In this document: piece by piece, positions 17,404-27,574 of the stretch | Layout of the letters: each line of letters starts with the position of its first letter | Position numbering within the stretch: the stretch's first letter is position 1 | NCBI GenBank assembly: GCA_023954415.1 | Contig: JAMLIB010000002.1 | Span: 190,599-254,598, forward strand | Direction of reading: 5' to 3' | DNA from: Trueperaceae bacterium | GTDB lineage: Bacteria; Deinococcota; Deinococci; Deinococcales; Trueperaceae | DNA: 64,000 nt | Notes under the pieces: generated by a model | Told to the model about the DNA's origin: nothing | The model's database searches: none | Seen by the model: the letters and a program-made list of their open reading frames with translations, nothing else | Position numbers and translations under genes: made by a program

Positions 17404-18942
17404 CGCGCGAGGGCGCCCGCCTCCGCGACGACCGCTCTGCGCCAGCGCGCCCGGCCACCTCCCGTCAGGCCTGGGTGGCGCTGGTAGCGAGCACTCTCGC
17501 GTTCACGGTGTGCGTGGCGGCATGGCTTGGCAACGGGGTGCTGGTGACCTTCTTGGATGCCAGCGGGGCCATGCCCTTGAGCCGCATGCACATATCGTGG
17601 CTCGTCGGGGCGCCGGTCCTGACCGGCGCCCTGTTGCGCCTTCCCGTCGGCATGCTGGCCGATCGCTACGGGGGGCGGATCGTCTTCACGATCCTGATGC
17701 TGCTGGCGGCAGCGGCGCTGTACCTCACGAGCTTCGCCAAAGGTTACGGCGACCTGCTGCTTGGCAGCCTCGCCTTCGGTTCGGCGGGCGCGAGCTTCGC
17801 GGTAGGCGTCAGCTTCGTGTCGCGGTGGTTCCCGCCAGCGCGCCAAGGGGCGGTGCTGGGCATCTTCGGGACGGGCAACGCCGGAACGGCCCTCACGGCC
17901 GCCTTCGGCCCCATGCTGCTGGGCTACCTCACCGCGCAGGGGACGGCGCTGGAGGGATGGAGGGGGTTCCCCCGCGTCTACGGGGCCCTCCTCGTCTTGA
18001 CGGCGCTGACCTTCTTCGCGATCACCCGCGAGCCGCGCGGCGGCGCGTTGGCCGCCAGGCCCCTGCTGGTGCGCCTCGCGCCGTTGCGGAACGGCCACGT
18101 GTGGCGTTACGGCCTCTATTACTTCGTCACCTTCGGCGGCTACGTCGCGCTCTCGCAATGGCTGATCTCCTACTACGTGAACGTCTACGCCTTGAGCCTC
18201 GCCGCCGCCGGCATCATGGTCTCGCTGTTCTCCTTGCCGTCCGCAGCGATACGCATCGTCGGCGGCTGGCTCTCTGACCGACTGACGCCCCTGCGCGTGC
18301 TGCGCTGGGCGCTGGGCCTCAGCGTCGTCGTGTTGGTGACGCTGTTCCCGCCCCGCATGGACATCTCGACCCCAGGCCCGGGCGTGAGCGCGCTCCGCGG
18401 CGGCACCGTCACGAGCGTCTCGGAAGACTCCATCGGCATAGGCGCGGACCTCTACCCGTATGCCACCGCCCGCGTGCAGACACGCGTGGCGTTGGGCTTG
18501 GGAGGGATGGAGGAGCCCGCGACGTTACTGCCCCGCAGCACGCTCGTCCAGGAGCCGACGGTGGCGGTGGGCGAGCAGGTGAGCGCCGGCCAGTTGGTCG
18601 TGAAGGGCACCACCCACATCTACTTCCAGGCCAACGTCTACTTCCTGACCGGGCTGGTCGTCCTGCTCGGCCTGCTGATGGGTATCGGCTCCGGCGCAGT
18701 CTTCGCACACATCCCCCTGGCCTTCCCCACCGAGGTGGGCACCGTCGGTGGCATCGTTGGCGTGCTTGGCGCGCTCGGAGGCTCGGTCATGCCGGTGGTG
18801 TTCGGCTACGCGCTGAGCGGCTCCGGCATCTGGACGTCGAACTGGGTGACGCTGTTCATGCTGGCGCTGGCGGCCTTCGTAGTGCTCCTGACAGGAGGGC
18901 GGCGGGACCGGAACGCGAAGTCGCCCACGGCGGTGGACCCCG

Positions 18943-18956
<14 letters not shown>
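17400..18956 (+). CDS. narK: MFS transporter, nitrate/nitrite porter (NarK-like) with a ~93 aa insertion between TM9 and TM10
   Basis: Proposed TTG start at 17400 overlaps the narI stop (TTGA). I can trace 12 TM segments. MFS motifs LRLPVGMLADRYGGR and GIFGTGNAGTA. The extra loop is encoded at about 18351-18630. Confidence 0.75.
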
Positions 18957-20088
<1,132 letters not shown>

Positions 20089-20192
20089 CGGCCGCGACAT
20101 CCCCGCGTCTAGGTCGTACTGGTGCGCGGCCGCCCGTGGGTCGTCGGCGCCGCGCTCGTCGGTCCCGGCCGACGGCGCGCGGGCGCACGCCG

Positions 20193-22454
20193 TCAGGGGG
20201 CGGGCTCGGCCTTGATGCGCGCGAGCAACGCGGCCGTCTCGGGGAGCGGTCGCACACCCAGCTCTCGCCCGAGGAGCTCCTCGCATACGCGGTACTGCTG
20301 CACCGCCTCGTCGCGTTTCCCGGCCGCCCAGAGGGCGCGCATCAGGTCGCGGTGGACCCCCTCGCGCAGCGGGTCCAGGTGGACCGCGGTCCGCAGGTGA
20401 CGCACGCTGCCGCTCCAGTCGCCGAGCCCGCCCGCCCCGGCCGCGAGGCGCTGCAGGGCGTCGAGGCACGTCTCGCGCAGCACCTCGCGCTCTTGCCAGC
20501 ACCACTGCGCGTACGGCTCATCCGCCATGAAGTCGCCGCGGTAGAGGCCTACGGCGGCCTCGCCGGCCGCCGCCGCGGCCGCGAGGTCTCCACGCGCCTG
20601 CGCCAGCGTCGCCGCCTCGGCCAGGCGCCGGAACTCCCAGGCATCCACACGCGCATCCTCGCCAGGGTCGAACAGGTAACGGTCGCCGTCCGTGAGCACG
20701 TGCCGGGGCGGCCCTTCATCACCATCGGGCTCGATCACCCGCCGCAACTCATGCACCAGGACGTAGAGCTGGCTCGCCTTGCTGCGCGGGTCGCCGCCCG
20801 GCCACAGCCACTCCACGAGGGCGTCCCTGCCCACCGAGGAGCCGTGCTGGGCGACGAGGATCTTGAGGAGCGTGAGCGTCCTCTTCCGCTTCACGGCCTT
20901 GGGCGGCACTACCTGCCCCGCGACACGAAGCTCGAAGGCACCGAAGGAGCGCAGGTCGAGGCGTTGGCGAGGGACGTCCACCTGCACGGCGAGGCCGATC
21001 GACGATCTGGCACCCACCCCCTCCACGGCCTGCCCCACCTCCGCCAGCAGCCGGCGGTACCGCTCCTGAGCCTGGTACCTGAGCCTGCTCGCGTGGATGG
21101 CGGGAGCGGCTGCCTCGGCCATGGCCTCGGCCAGGACGAGACCGCGCGTGGGGAGGACGTCGCGGTGCGTGCGCTGCCACAGCCAGGCGATGCCCCAGAC
21201 GGTTCCGTCGGCCACCAGCGGGATGCACAGGTGCCGACCACCCATGCCGCTGCGACGGCAGGCGAGTGGCGGCTGAGCGAGCCGCCCGGCGTGCACGGCC
21301 ACGCGGCGCTCTGCGACCACCGGGCAGCCCACGGGAGAACCGCCGTCCAGAACGGGGCATTCCGGCGGGCACTCGGCGGCGAGGAGCACGTGCCCGGCGG
21401 GTCCGCCACCCCCGGTGGCGGGGAGGAGCCGCAGTTCGCCTGCCTCGGCGCCGGTGGCGTCCACCATGCGCCTGAGGAGCTTGTCCAGTTGCCCCTCCAG
21501 TTGGGCGGCGGCGCCCATCTCCTCCGCCCCCTCCGTGAAGGACCTGGCCGGCGGCGCGACCATGGCCGCCTGGACGGCGCTGCCGAGTGGTCCGCTCAAC
21601 CAGCCGAGGAAGCCGAGTTGGTGTTGCAAGTCGTCTCGTTCGCGCCGGAAAGCGAGCCCGATGGTACCTACGACTTCACCCGCGTGCACGAGCGGCACGC
21701 AGCCGTAGGCCCTGAAGTCGGCCTCCTTGACGCCCTCCCTGAGGTAGTCGGGATCGTCTCGCAGCGGCGCGCTCAGCACGGGGGCGTGCGTGGCGAGGAC
21801 CTTCCCGGGAATCCCCTGACCGAGCTCGAAGCGCAGCTTCTGGCTGAAGGCGCCGCGGAACGGCCCCCGGTGGCCGCTGAGCACCAACGCCTGGTTGCCG
21901 GGCTCGGCAAGGAACAGTTCGGCGACGTCCGCGCCCGTCGCCTCGCGGATGAGCTCGAGGGAACGTTCGATGGCCAGCTCCAGTGGCAGTGTGGCGAGAG
22001 TCCCGACGATGGTCGCCTGCGCCGCGAGGTCGTCGAGCAGGCTCGGCTCCGCTGCCGGCGCCCCGCGCTTGCCCTGGGGTCGAGTCAAGCTGGCGATCGC
22101 GCCGCCACCCGGCGCCGGCAGGGCCGTGAGTCTACAGGTTACACGGCTACCGTCGTCCAACCGCAACGCAGAGGAAGCACGCAGCCCCCCTGCCTGCAGT
22201 CTGGCGAAGGCCGGGCAGTCCGGACCGCATACGCGCCGGCCGGCTGCGTCCGTGCCCCGCACGACCTGGTAGCAGGCGCCTGCCTTGGCGGCGCCAGCGC
22301 TCACCCCAAGCATGGCCTCCGCCCCGTGGTCCCACTCGAGGACCCGCTGCAGGCTGTCCATGACCATGCTGCCGTGCTGGGCTCGCGGTTCCAAGCTGCG
22401 CCTCCGGCCGGGTCCTGCCGGCCCGTGTTCGGCGCCACGCCTAGCGGGGCACAC
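20193..22454 (-). CDS. Sensor-regulator: truncated PAS-like region, two GAF domains, OmpR-type winged helix and BTAD (SARP family), DnrS-like
   Basis: 753 aa ORF. The C-terminus carries LDLRSFGAFELRVAGQVV...LLKILVAQHG..VGRDALVEWLWP... plus a BTAD/TPR-like helical region ...AWEFRRL...LYRGDFMADEPYAQW...HRDLMRALWAAGKRDEAVQQY. The start is uncertain (GTG 22454, or ATG 22367 giving MVMDSLQ...). Confidence 0.75.
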   Translation of the reverse strand: MCPARRGAEHGPAGPGRRRSLEPRAQHGSMVMDSLQRVLEWDHGAEAMLGVSAGAAKAGACYQVVRGTDAAGRRVCGPDCPAFARLQAGGLRASSALRLDDGSRVTCRLTALPAPGGGAIASLTRPQGKRGAPAAEPSLLDDLAAQATIVGTLATLPLELAIERSLELIREATGADVAELFLAEPGNQALVLSGHRGPFRGAFSQKLRFELGQGIPGKVLATHAPVLSAPLRDDPDYLREGVKEADFRAYGCVPLVHAGEVVGTIGLAFRRERDDLQHQLGFLGWLSGPLGSAVQAAMVAPPARSFTEGAEEMGAAAQLEGQLDKLLRRMVDATGAEAGELRLLPATGGGGPAGHVLLAAECPPECPVLDGGSPVGCPVVAERRVAVHAGRLAQPPLACRRSGMGGRHLCIPLVADGTVWGIAWLWQRTHRDVLPTRGLVLAEAMAEAAAPAIHASRLRYQAQERYRRLLAEVGQAVEGVGARSSIGLAVQVDVPRQRLDLRSFGAFELRVAGQVVPPKAVKRKRTLTLLKILVAQHGSSVGRDALVEWLWPGGDPRSKASQLYVLVHELRRVIEPDGDEGPPRHVLTDGDRYLFDPGEDARVDAWEFRRLAEAATLAQARGDLAAAAAAGEAAVGLYRGDFMADEPYAQWCWQEREVLRETCLDALQRLAAGAGGLGDWSGSVRHLRTAVHLDPLREGVHRDLMRALWAAGKRDEAVQQYRVCEELLGRELGVRPLPETAALLARIKAEPAP

Positions 22455-22573
22455 ACTCGGTCCCTACGCCGCTCATGCGTGACCCACGCGTGGCGGAAGC
22501 GCGCTCACCGCCTTGGTGCCCACGCTTCGTTTCGACGGTTCAAGGATAGTACACGATGAAGGAGGACGCGCAG

Positions 22574-24454
22574 ATGGAATCGCGAGCGAACGGACCCGCA
22601 CCGCGCCTCGTGGGCGTGGACGAGGCGTTGGAACTGGTGCTCGACACCGTGGCACCGCTCGAGGTGGTGGAGTTGGAGTCGGCCGGCGCCCTCGGGCTGG
22701 TCCTGGCCGAGACGATCGTCGCCGACGGCGACTACCCGCCCTTCCCTAGGGCCATGATGGACGGTTACGCCGTGCGCGTCGAGCACGCCGGCCGTGAGCT
22801 GCCCGTTGCCGGCGAGGTGGCTGCGGGTCACGTGCCCGCCGGTCCGGTGCCGGAGGACGCGGTCGTCGCCATCATGACCGGCGCGCCATGCCCGGCGGGG
22901 ACGGATGCCGTGATCCCGGTGGAGGAGGTCACCCACACCTCCAGCGGGGTGAGGTTGCCCACGTCCGTCGGGCGGGGTAAGAACGTGGCGCCTCGCGGTT
23001 CGGAGTGCCGCGCTGGCGCCGTCGTGGCGAGCTCAGGCCTGGTGCTCACGCCGTTGCTGGTCGCGCTCCTCGCCACGGTCGGGCGCACTCGCGTGCTCGT
23101 CAGGCGGGTCCCGACGGTCGCGATCGTCGCCACGGGCGACGAGCTCGTGCCCGCGGACCTGGCCCCGCACGGGGCGCAGATACGTTCGAGCAACGCCGCC
23201 ATGCTGCGGGCGATGGCGGAGGAGCTCGGGATACGCGAGGTCAGCGTGTCGCACGTTGGCGACTCGCGTGACGAGCTGGTGGCGGCCTTGGAACGCCAGG
23301 GCTCGCCCGACATCGTGCTCCTCAGCGGCGGCGTCTCGGCAGGCCGCTACGACCTGGTGCCGGAGGCGATCTCCGCATGGGGAGCTCAGATCGTCTTCCG
23401 CGGCGTGCGCCAGAAGCCGGGCAAGCCCCTCCTGTTCGCCCGCCGGAGGGCCGCCTTGGTCTTCGGCCTGCCGGGCAACCCGCTCAGCGCCCACATGTGC
23501 TTCCACCGCTACGTGCGACCCGCCATCCGCAAGGCCATGGGACTCGACCCGCATCAGGCGGTGGACCACGGCAGGCTGAGCCGACCCTGGCAGGGCGACG
23601 CGGCGCGCACATCGTTCCAACTCAGCAAGGTGGAAAGCGACGAGGCCGGTTGGTCGGTCACGCCACTGGCAGGGCGCGGTTCAGCCGACCTGTTCTCGGC
23701 CGCGGCGGCCAACGCGCTCGTGCGTTTCGCGCCGGGCGCCGTGTCGTCCGCGGGTGAGGACGTCGCGTTCGAGTGGTTGGACGGTGGCCGGGGTGATGGT
23801 GTCTGGCCGGGGCGTCCGAGCGGGCCGGAGGACGCGCCAGCGGTCGGCGCCGCCGGCCACGCACACCCGATCTGGCGCCCCATCGCCGAACGCCGAAGCC
23901 GCCGACGCTTCCAGCCCACGGCAGTGCCCGCCCCCCTCCTGTCACGAAGCTTCGAGGCGGCGCGCTGGGCGCCGTCGGCCGGGAACGGCCAGCCGTGGCG
24001 CTTCCTCGTGGCCCATAACGGCGACGCTGCCTTCCAGCGCCTCGTGACGACCTTGAGACCGAAGAACCGCTGGGCCGAGCAGGCGCCGCACCTCGTCCTC
24101 GTCGTGGTCAAGACGCTACTCGAGCACCCCACCAAGCCGCCGAGACCCAACGAGCTGGCGCTGCTGGAAGGGGGCCTGGCGATCGGTAACCTGCTCGCCC
24201 AGGCGACGGCGGACGGCCTCCTCGTCCACCCGTTCGACGGCTTCGACTACCGGGCTGCGGCGGAAGCCTGGGCGGTGCCCGAGCAGTACCGCGTGGCGCT
24301 CCTCCTGGCCATCGGCTTCCCGGCCGACCCAGCCGGCTTGTCCGCCGAGGAGCGCGCCGAGGAAGAGCGTCCGCGGGAGCGTCTGCCGCTCACTGAGATA
24401 GTGTTCCAGGGCCGCTGGGGCGAGGCGCCCGGTCGGGCCCGGCCCGACGGTTGA
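22574..24454 (+). CDS. moeA: Molybdopterin molybdenumtransferase MoeA fused to a C-terminal nitroreductase-family domain
   Basis: ORF from 22556. The ATG at 22574 has AAGGAGG 8 nt upstream. The MoeA part includes PPFPRAMMDGYAV, ...VAIVATGDELV..., LLSGGVSAGRYD, GLPGNPLSA. From about 23866 the sequence is RRSRRRFQPT...WAPSAGNGQPWRFLV...LAIGNLL, a nitroreductase fold signature. Confidence 0.85.
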   Translation: MESRANGPAPRLVGVDEALELVLDTVAPLEVVELESAGALGLVLAETIVADGDYPPFPRAMMDGYAVRVEHAGRELPVAGEVAAGHVPAGPVPEDAVVAIMTGAPCPAGTDAVIPVEEVTHTSSGVRLPTSVGRGKNVAPRGSECRAGAVVASSGLVLTPLLVALLATVGRTRVLVRRVPTVAIVATGDELVPADLAPHGAQIRSSNAAMLRAMAEELGIREVSVSHVGDSRDELVAALERQGSPDIVLLSGGVSAGRYDLVPEAISAWGAQIVFRGVRQKPGKPLLFARRRAALVFGLPGNPLSAHMCFHRYVRPAIRKAMGLDPHQAVDHGRLSRPWQGDAARTSFQLSKVESDEAGWSVTPLAGRGSADLFSAAAANALVRFAPGAVSSAGEDVAFEWLDGGRGDGVWPGRPSGPEDAPAVGAAGHAHPIWRPIAERRSRRRFQPTAVPAPLLSRSFEAARWAPSAGNGQPWRFLVAHNGDAAFQRLVTTLRPKNRWAEQAPHLVLVVVKTLLEHPTKPPRPNELALLEGGLAIGNLLAQATADGLLVHPFDGFDYRAAAEAWAVPEQYRVALLLAIGFPADPAGLSAEERAEEERPRERLPLTEIVFQGRWGEAPGRARPDG

Positions 24455-24456
24455 GT

Positions 24457-25638
24457 TCAGCGCGGTGGTCGCGGCGCGCCCGCCGCGGGCACCTCGTCAG
24501 CCATCCGGGTATCGGGTGCCAGTGGCCAGAGGTCGTGTGGATCGAACCTCAGCCGTACGTTCTGCCCGACCGCCGGCCATGCGGCGCCGGCCCTTGCCGC
24601 GCGCGCCGAGCCGAACACGCGCGCCTCCACCATGTGACCTGCCCGCGTGCGCCCGCGCAGGACGGACTCGGCGCCCTCGCTTTCGACGCGCTCCACCCTG
24701 ACCTCCACGAACCGGCCGTACCCCTGGCTCGCCACCGCACCTGCAGCCGGATCCGCCCAACCGAGGGCCTCCGGCCGTACGCCCAGCGTCACGGCCGTGC
24801 CAGGAGCGCCGAGATCCCTCGCCACTACGAGCGTCTCCTCACCCCAGCCAACGTGCGATACGGTAGGGCTGCTGCTCAGCACGGCGACCTCCAGGCGGTT
24901 CACCATGCCCACGAGGTCGGCGACGTAGGCGTCGGCGGGACGGTACAACAGGTCGTCTCCCGCACCCACTTGCACCACGCGCCCGGCCCGCATCACCACG
25001 ATCACATCCGCCAGGAGCGTAGCCTCTACCAGGTCGTGCGTCACCAGCACCGATGGCACCCCCAGCCTCTCCAACATGGCAGCAAGCGCCGTGCGCAACT
25101 GCCGCCTGACGGGTTGATCGAGGGCGGCGAACGGTTCGTCGAGCAGGAGCAACCGCGGCTCGCTGGCCAACGCCCTGGCCAGGGCGACCCGTTGACGCTG
25201 GCCCCCCGAGAGCTCCGGCGGGCGCTTCTTGCCTGCGTCGCCGAGCCCGACGAGTTCCAGCAGTTCGTCCACGCGCCCCGGGAGCCTGTCCCTGAGTCCG
25301 TAGGCCACGTTCGCCGCCACGCTCATGTGCGGGAACAGGTGGTTGTCCTGGGGCACGTAGCCGACCCGGCGCGCCTGTGGCGGCAGGTCGATGCAGGCCC
25401 GGGCGTCGAAGAACCGCACGCCAAGAGCGTGAACGAAGCCTGCCTGGGGCCGCCGCAAGCCTGCGATGCTCTCCAGCGTCAGGGTCTTACCCGATCCGGA
25501 GGCTCCGAAGAGGGCGAGTCGCCGCCCCTGCGCCGTCAACCTAGGCGCGAGGTCGAAGCCCGGCAAGCTTAGTCGGAAGTCCAAGTCGAGCACGGCGCCC
25601 GCCGCGATATCTCCCGTGGCAGACACCACCTTTGTCAC
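24457..25638 (-). CDS. modC: Molybdate ABC transporter ATP-binding protein ModC (with C-terminal TOBE-like domain)
   Basis: GTG start at 25638 overlaps the modB stop (GTGA). Walker A GASGSGKT, signature LSGGQRQR, Walker B LLLLDEP. The longer ORF-track version overlaps modB. Confidence 0.9.
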   Translation of the reverse strand: MTKVVSATGDIAAGAVLDLDFRLSLPGFDLAPRLTAQGRRLALFGASGSGKTLTLESIAGLRRPQAGFVHALGVRFFDARACIDLPPQARRVGYVPQDNHLFPHMSVAANVAYGLRDRLPGRVDELLELVGLGDAGKKRPPELSGGQRQRVALARALASEPRLLLLDEPFAALDQPVRRQLRTALAAMLERLGVPSVLVTHDLVEATLLADVIVVMRAGRVVQVGAGDDLLYRPADAYVADLVGMVNRLEVAVLSSSPTVSHVGWGEETLVVARDLGAPGTAVTLGVRPEALGWADPAAGAVASQGYGRFVEVRVERVESEGAESVLRGRTRAGHMVEARVFGSARAARAGAAWPAVGQNVRLRFDPHDLWPLAPDTRMADEVPAAGAPRPPR

Positions 25639-26462
25639 GCCAGGCTCCCACGTCGCACCGCGAGCCGGAAGGCGAACAAGAGGATGAACGCCGCCACGCA
25701 CAGGAGGGCAGAGAGCGCGAGCGCGCTGTCGAGGTCGCGCTCCAGCGCGGCGTAGATGGCCAAGGGCAATGTACGCGTGCGACCCGCCAGGCTGCCGGCG
25801 AACACGATGGTCGCTCCGAACTCGCCCAGCGCGCGCGCCCACGCGAGCACCGTCCCCTCCACGAGGTGCGGTAGCGCCAACGGCAGAGTGACCCGCCAGA
25901 ACGTCGTACGGCGACCCTTGCCGAGGGTCCAGGACACCGCCTCCAGCCGCTCCGGCACGGCCGCGAACCCCGCCTTCATGGTGCGGATGAAGTACGGTGC
26001 CGCCACGAACACCTGCGCGATGACGACCGCGGCCGTGGTGAACGGCAGCCGGACACCCATGGCGTCCAGCGGAGCACCGAGGAGCCCTTTACGGCCGAAC
26101 ACGAGGAGCAGGCTCACCCCCGCCACCACCGGCGGCAGGACGATGGGCAAGTCGATCATGGCGTCGAGGAGACCTCGGCCACGGAAGCGCCCCCGGGCGA
26201 GGAGGTGCGCCAAGGGAACGCCGAGGACGAGCACGATTCCCATGCTTACGGAGGTCGACACGAGGCTGAGCCGCAGCGCTTCGATGGCCGTCGGCTGGAA
26301 GACCTTCGGTAACGCGCCGGGAGCGAGGGCGCGCACGAGGAGGACCAGGGTCGGCAGCACCAGTAGCAGGCCGAGCACCACGCCCGCCGCGACCGCCAGG
26401 TACGGGCGTGGCCGCCCCCACCGCGCCGGGTGGCGTGGCTGCGCACCCGGCACCTTGTTCAC
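25635..26462 (-). CDS. modB: Molybdate ABC transporter permease ModB
   Basis: 275 aa with multiple TMs. EAA-type loop ...AWARALGEFGATIVFAGS.... It overlaps both modA and modC by 4 nt. Confidence 0.92.
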   Translation of the reverse strand: MNKVPGAQPRHPARWGRPRPYLAVAAGVVLGLLLVLPTLVLLVRALAPGALPKVFQPTAIEALRLSLVSTSVSMGIVLVLGVPLAHLLARGRFRGRGLLDAMIDLPIVLPPVVAGVSLLLVFGRKGLLGAPLDAMGVRLPFTTAAVVIAQVFVAAPYFIRTMKAGFAAVPERLEAVSWTLGKGRRTTFWRVTLPLALPHLVEGTVLAWARALGEFGATIVFAGSLAGRTRTLPLAIYAALERDLDSALALSALLCVAAFILLFAFRLAVRRGSLA

Positions 26463-27310
26463 GGTGCCGTGAAGCCGTGGCTCGCGAGCACCTCCTGGCC
26501 CTGCGGCGCGAGCACGAACGCAACGAACTCGGCCGCCAAGACCGGGTCGCTAGCCCCCCTCAAGGCGGCCTCCCAGTACTCCGCCCTGATGTCCGGTGCG
26601 TCAGGGAGGGGCAAGGCACGAACGGCGCGCAGCACGGCTGCGTCCGTGGCGTACACGATGGCCGCGTCCGCTTCCCCAAGCTCGACCTTGGCGGCCACCT
26701 GCCTGACGTTGGGCTCTTCCGAGACGAGGTTGGCCAGCACGCGCTCGGCGTACCCGGCACCGAACTGGGCGTCCAACCCAGCGAGCGCCAAGCGAGCGTA
26801 ACGGCCCACGGGCACCTCAGGACCGGCGAGGACCAAGCGGACACCGGGGTCGGCCAGGTCGTCGAGCGAGACGATGGCCGAGTCGGTCGGCGTGATCACC
26901 ACCAGCACGTTGCCTGCGAACACCGCCGGCACGCCCACGATCTCACCGGCGTCCGTGACGACCGCCATCTGGGCTGCATCAGCGCTGGCGAACACGTCTG
27001 CGGGCGCACCCTGCACGATCTGCATGGCTAGCGTCGACGAGCCCCCGAAGGACAGCTCCACGACCGTGCCGGGATGCTCGGCCTCGAACGCGGCCGCGAT
27101 CTCCTCGAACGCCTCCGTGAGGCTGGAGGCGGCGAAGACGATCAGGTGGCGGTCGGCGGCCTGGCCGTGGGCGTACCCACCGGGAAGTAGCGGGCCGACG
27201 CAGAAGAACAGTATCGAGGCGACGACGGGAACCACTCGCCTTGGGCGGGTGGCTCGACACCGTTCGGGGAGGACCGCTCTGAAAGCCGACTGGAGAGCTA
27301 GTAAGGCCAT
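26459..27310 (-). CDS. modA: Molybdate-binding periplasmic protein ModA
   Basis: 283 aa with a signal-like N-terminus. ModA-like segments: LIVFAASSLTEAFEEIAAAFE, ELSFGGSSTL, VFASAD, DAAIVYATD. Confidence 0.9.
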   Translation of the reverse strand: MALLALQSAFRAVLPERCRATRPRRVVPVVASILFFCVGPLLPGGYAHGQAADRHLIVFAASSLTEAFEEIAAAFEAEHPGTVVELSFGGSSTLAMQIVQGAPADVFASADAAQMAVVTDAGEIVGVPAVFAGNVLVVITPTDSAIVSLDDLADPGVRLVLAGPEVPVGRYARLALAGLDAQFGAGYAERVLANLVSEEPNVRQVAAKVELGEADAAIVYATDAAVLRAVRALPLPDAPDIRAEYWEAALRGASDPVLAAEFVAFVLAPQGQEVLASHGFTAP

Positions 27311-27574
27311 GACAGAAGCTCCTCACGCCAGCCGCACGTGTGCAGGGCTACGCTCATTCAGCTAGGACGACCGGCCACTCAGGATACCTCTGCCACGACC
27401 GCCCTCAACTCACGATTCGTATGCTTTCGGAACCAATGTCTCGCAGGTTCTGTCCAGGCGTGGCCGCCCACCTGGACGTGGCCACTGCCTGGCCGATCCT
27501 GTCGCGGCACCGGCCCACCCGCCGTTGGATCTGCGAGGCGATCCCGGTCGTGATCGCCCCCGGCATGGTCCCAC

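Noticed and set aside
20089-20192. Possible bidirectional terminator between the convergent TehA-like and regulator genes. I looked similarly at 43239-43289 and 52066-52208.
   Set aside because: Only short (5-6 bp) imperfect GC stems without U-tracts could be found by eye. This is not convincing enough to annotate.
27311-27574. Possible Moco riboswitch or ModE operator upstream of modA. I also looked at 7503-7647 (moaC/moeZ divergent region) and 22455-22573.
   Set aside because: I could not recognise the conserved Moco-motif core or a TATAT-N7-TAYAT-type ModE site by eye. A covariance-model scan (Rfam RF01055) would be decisive and I cannot run it, so no feature is claimed.
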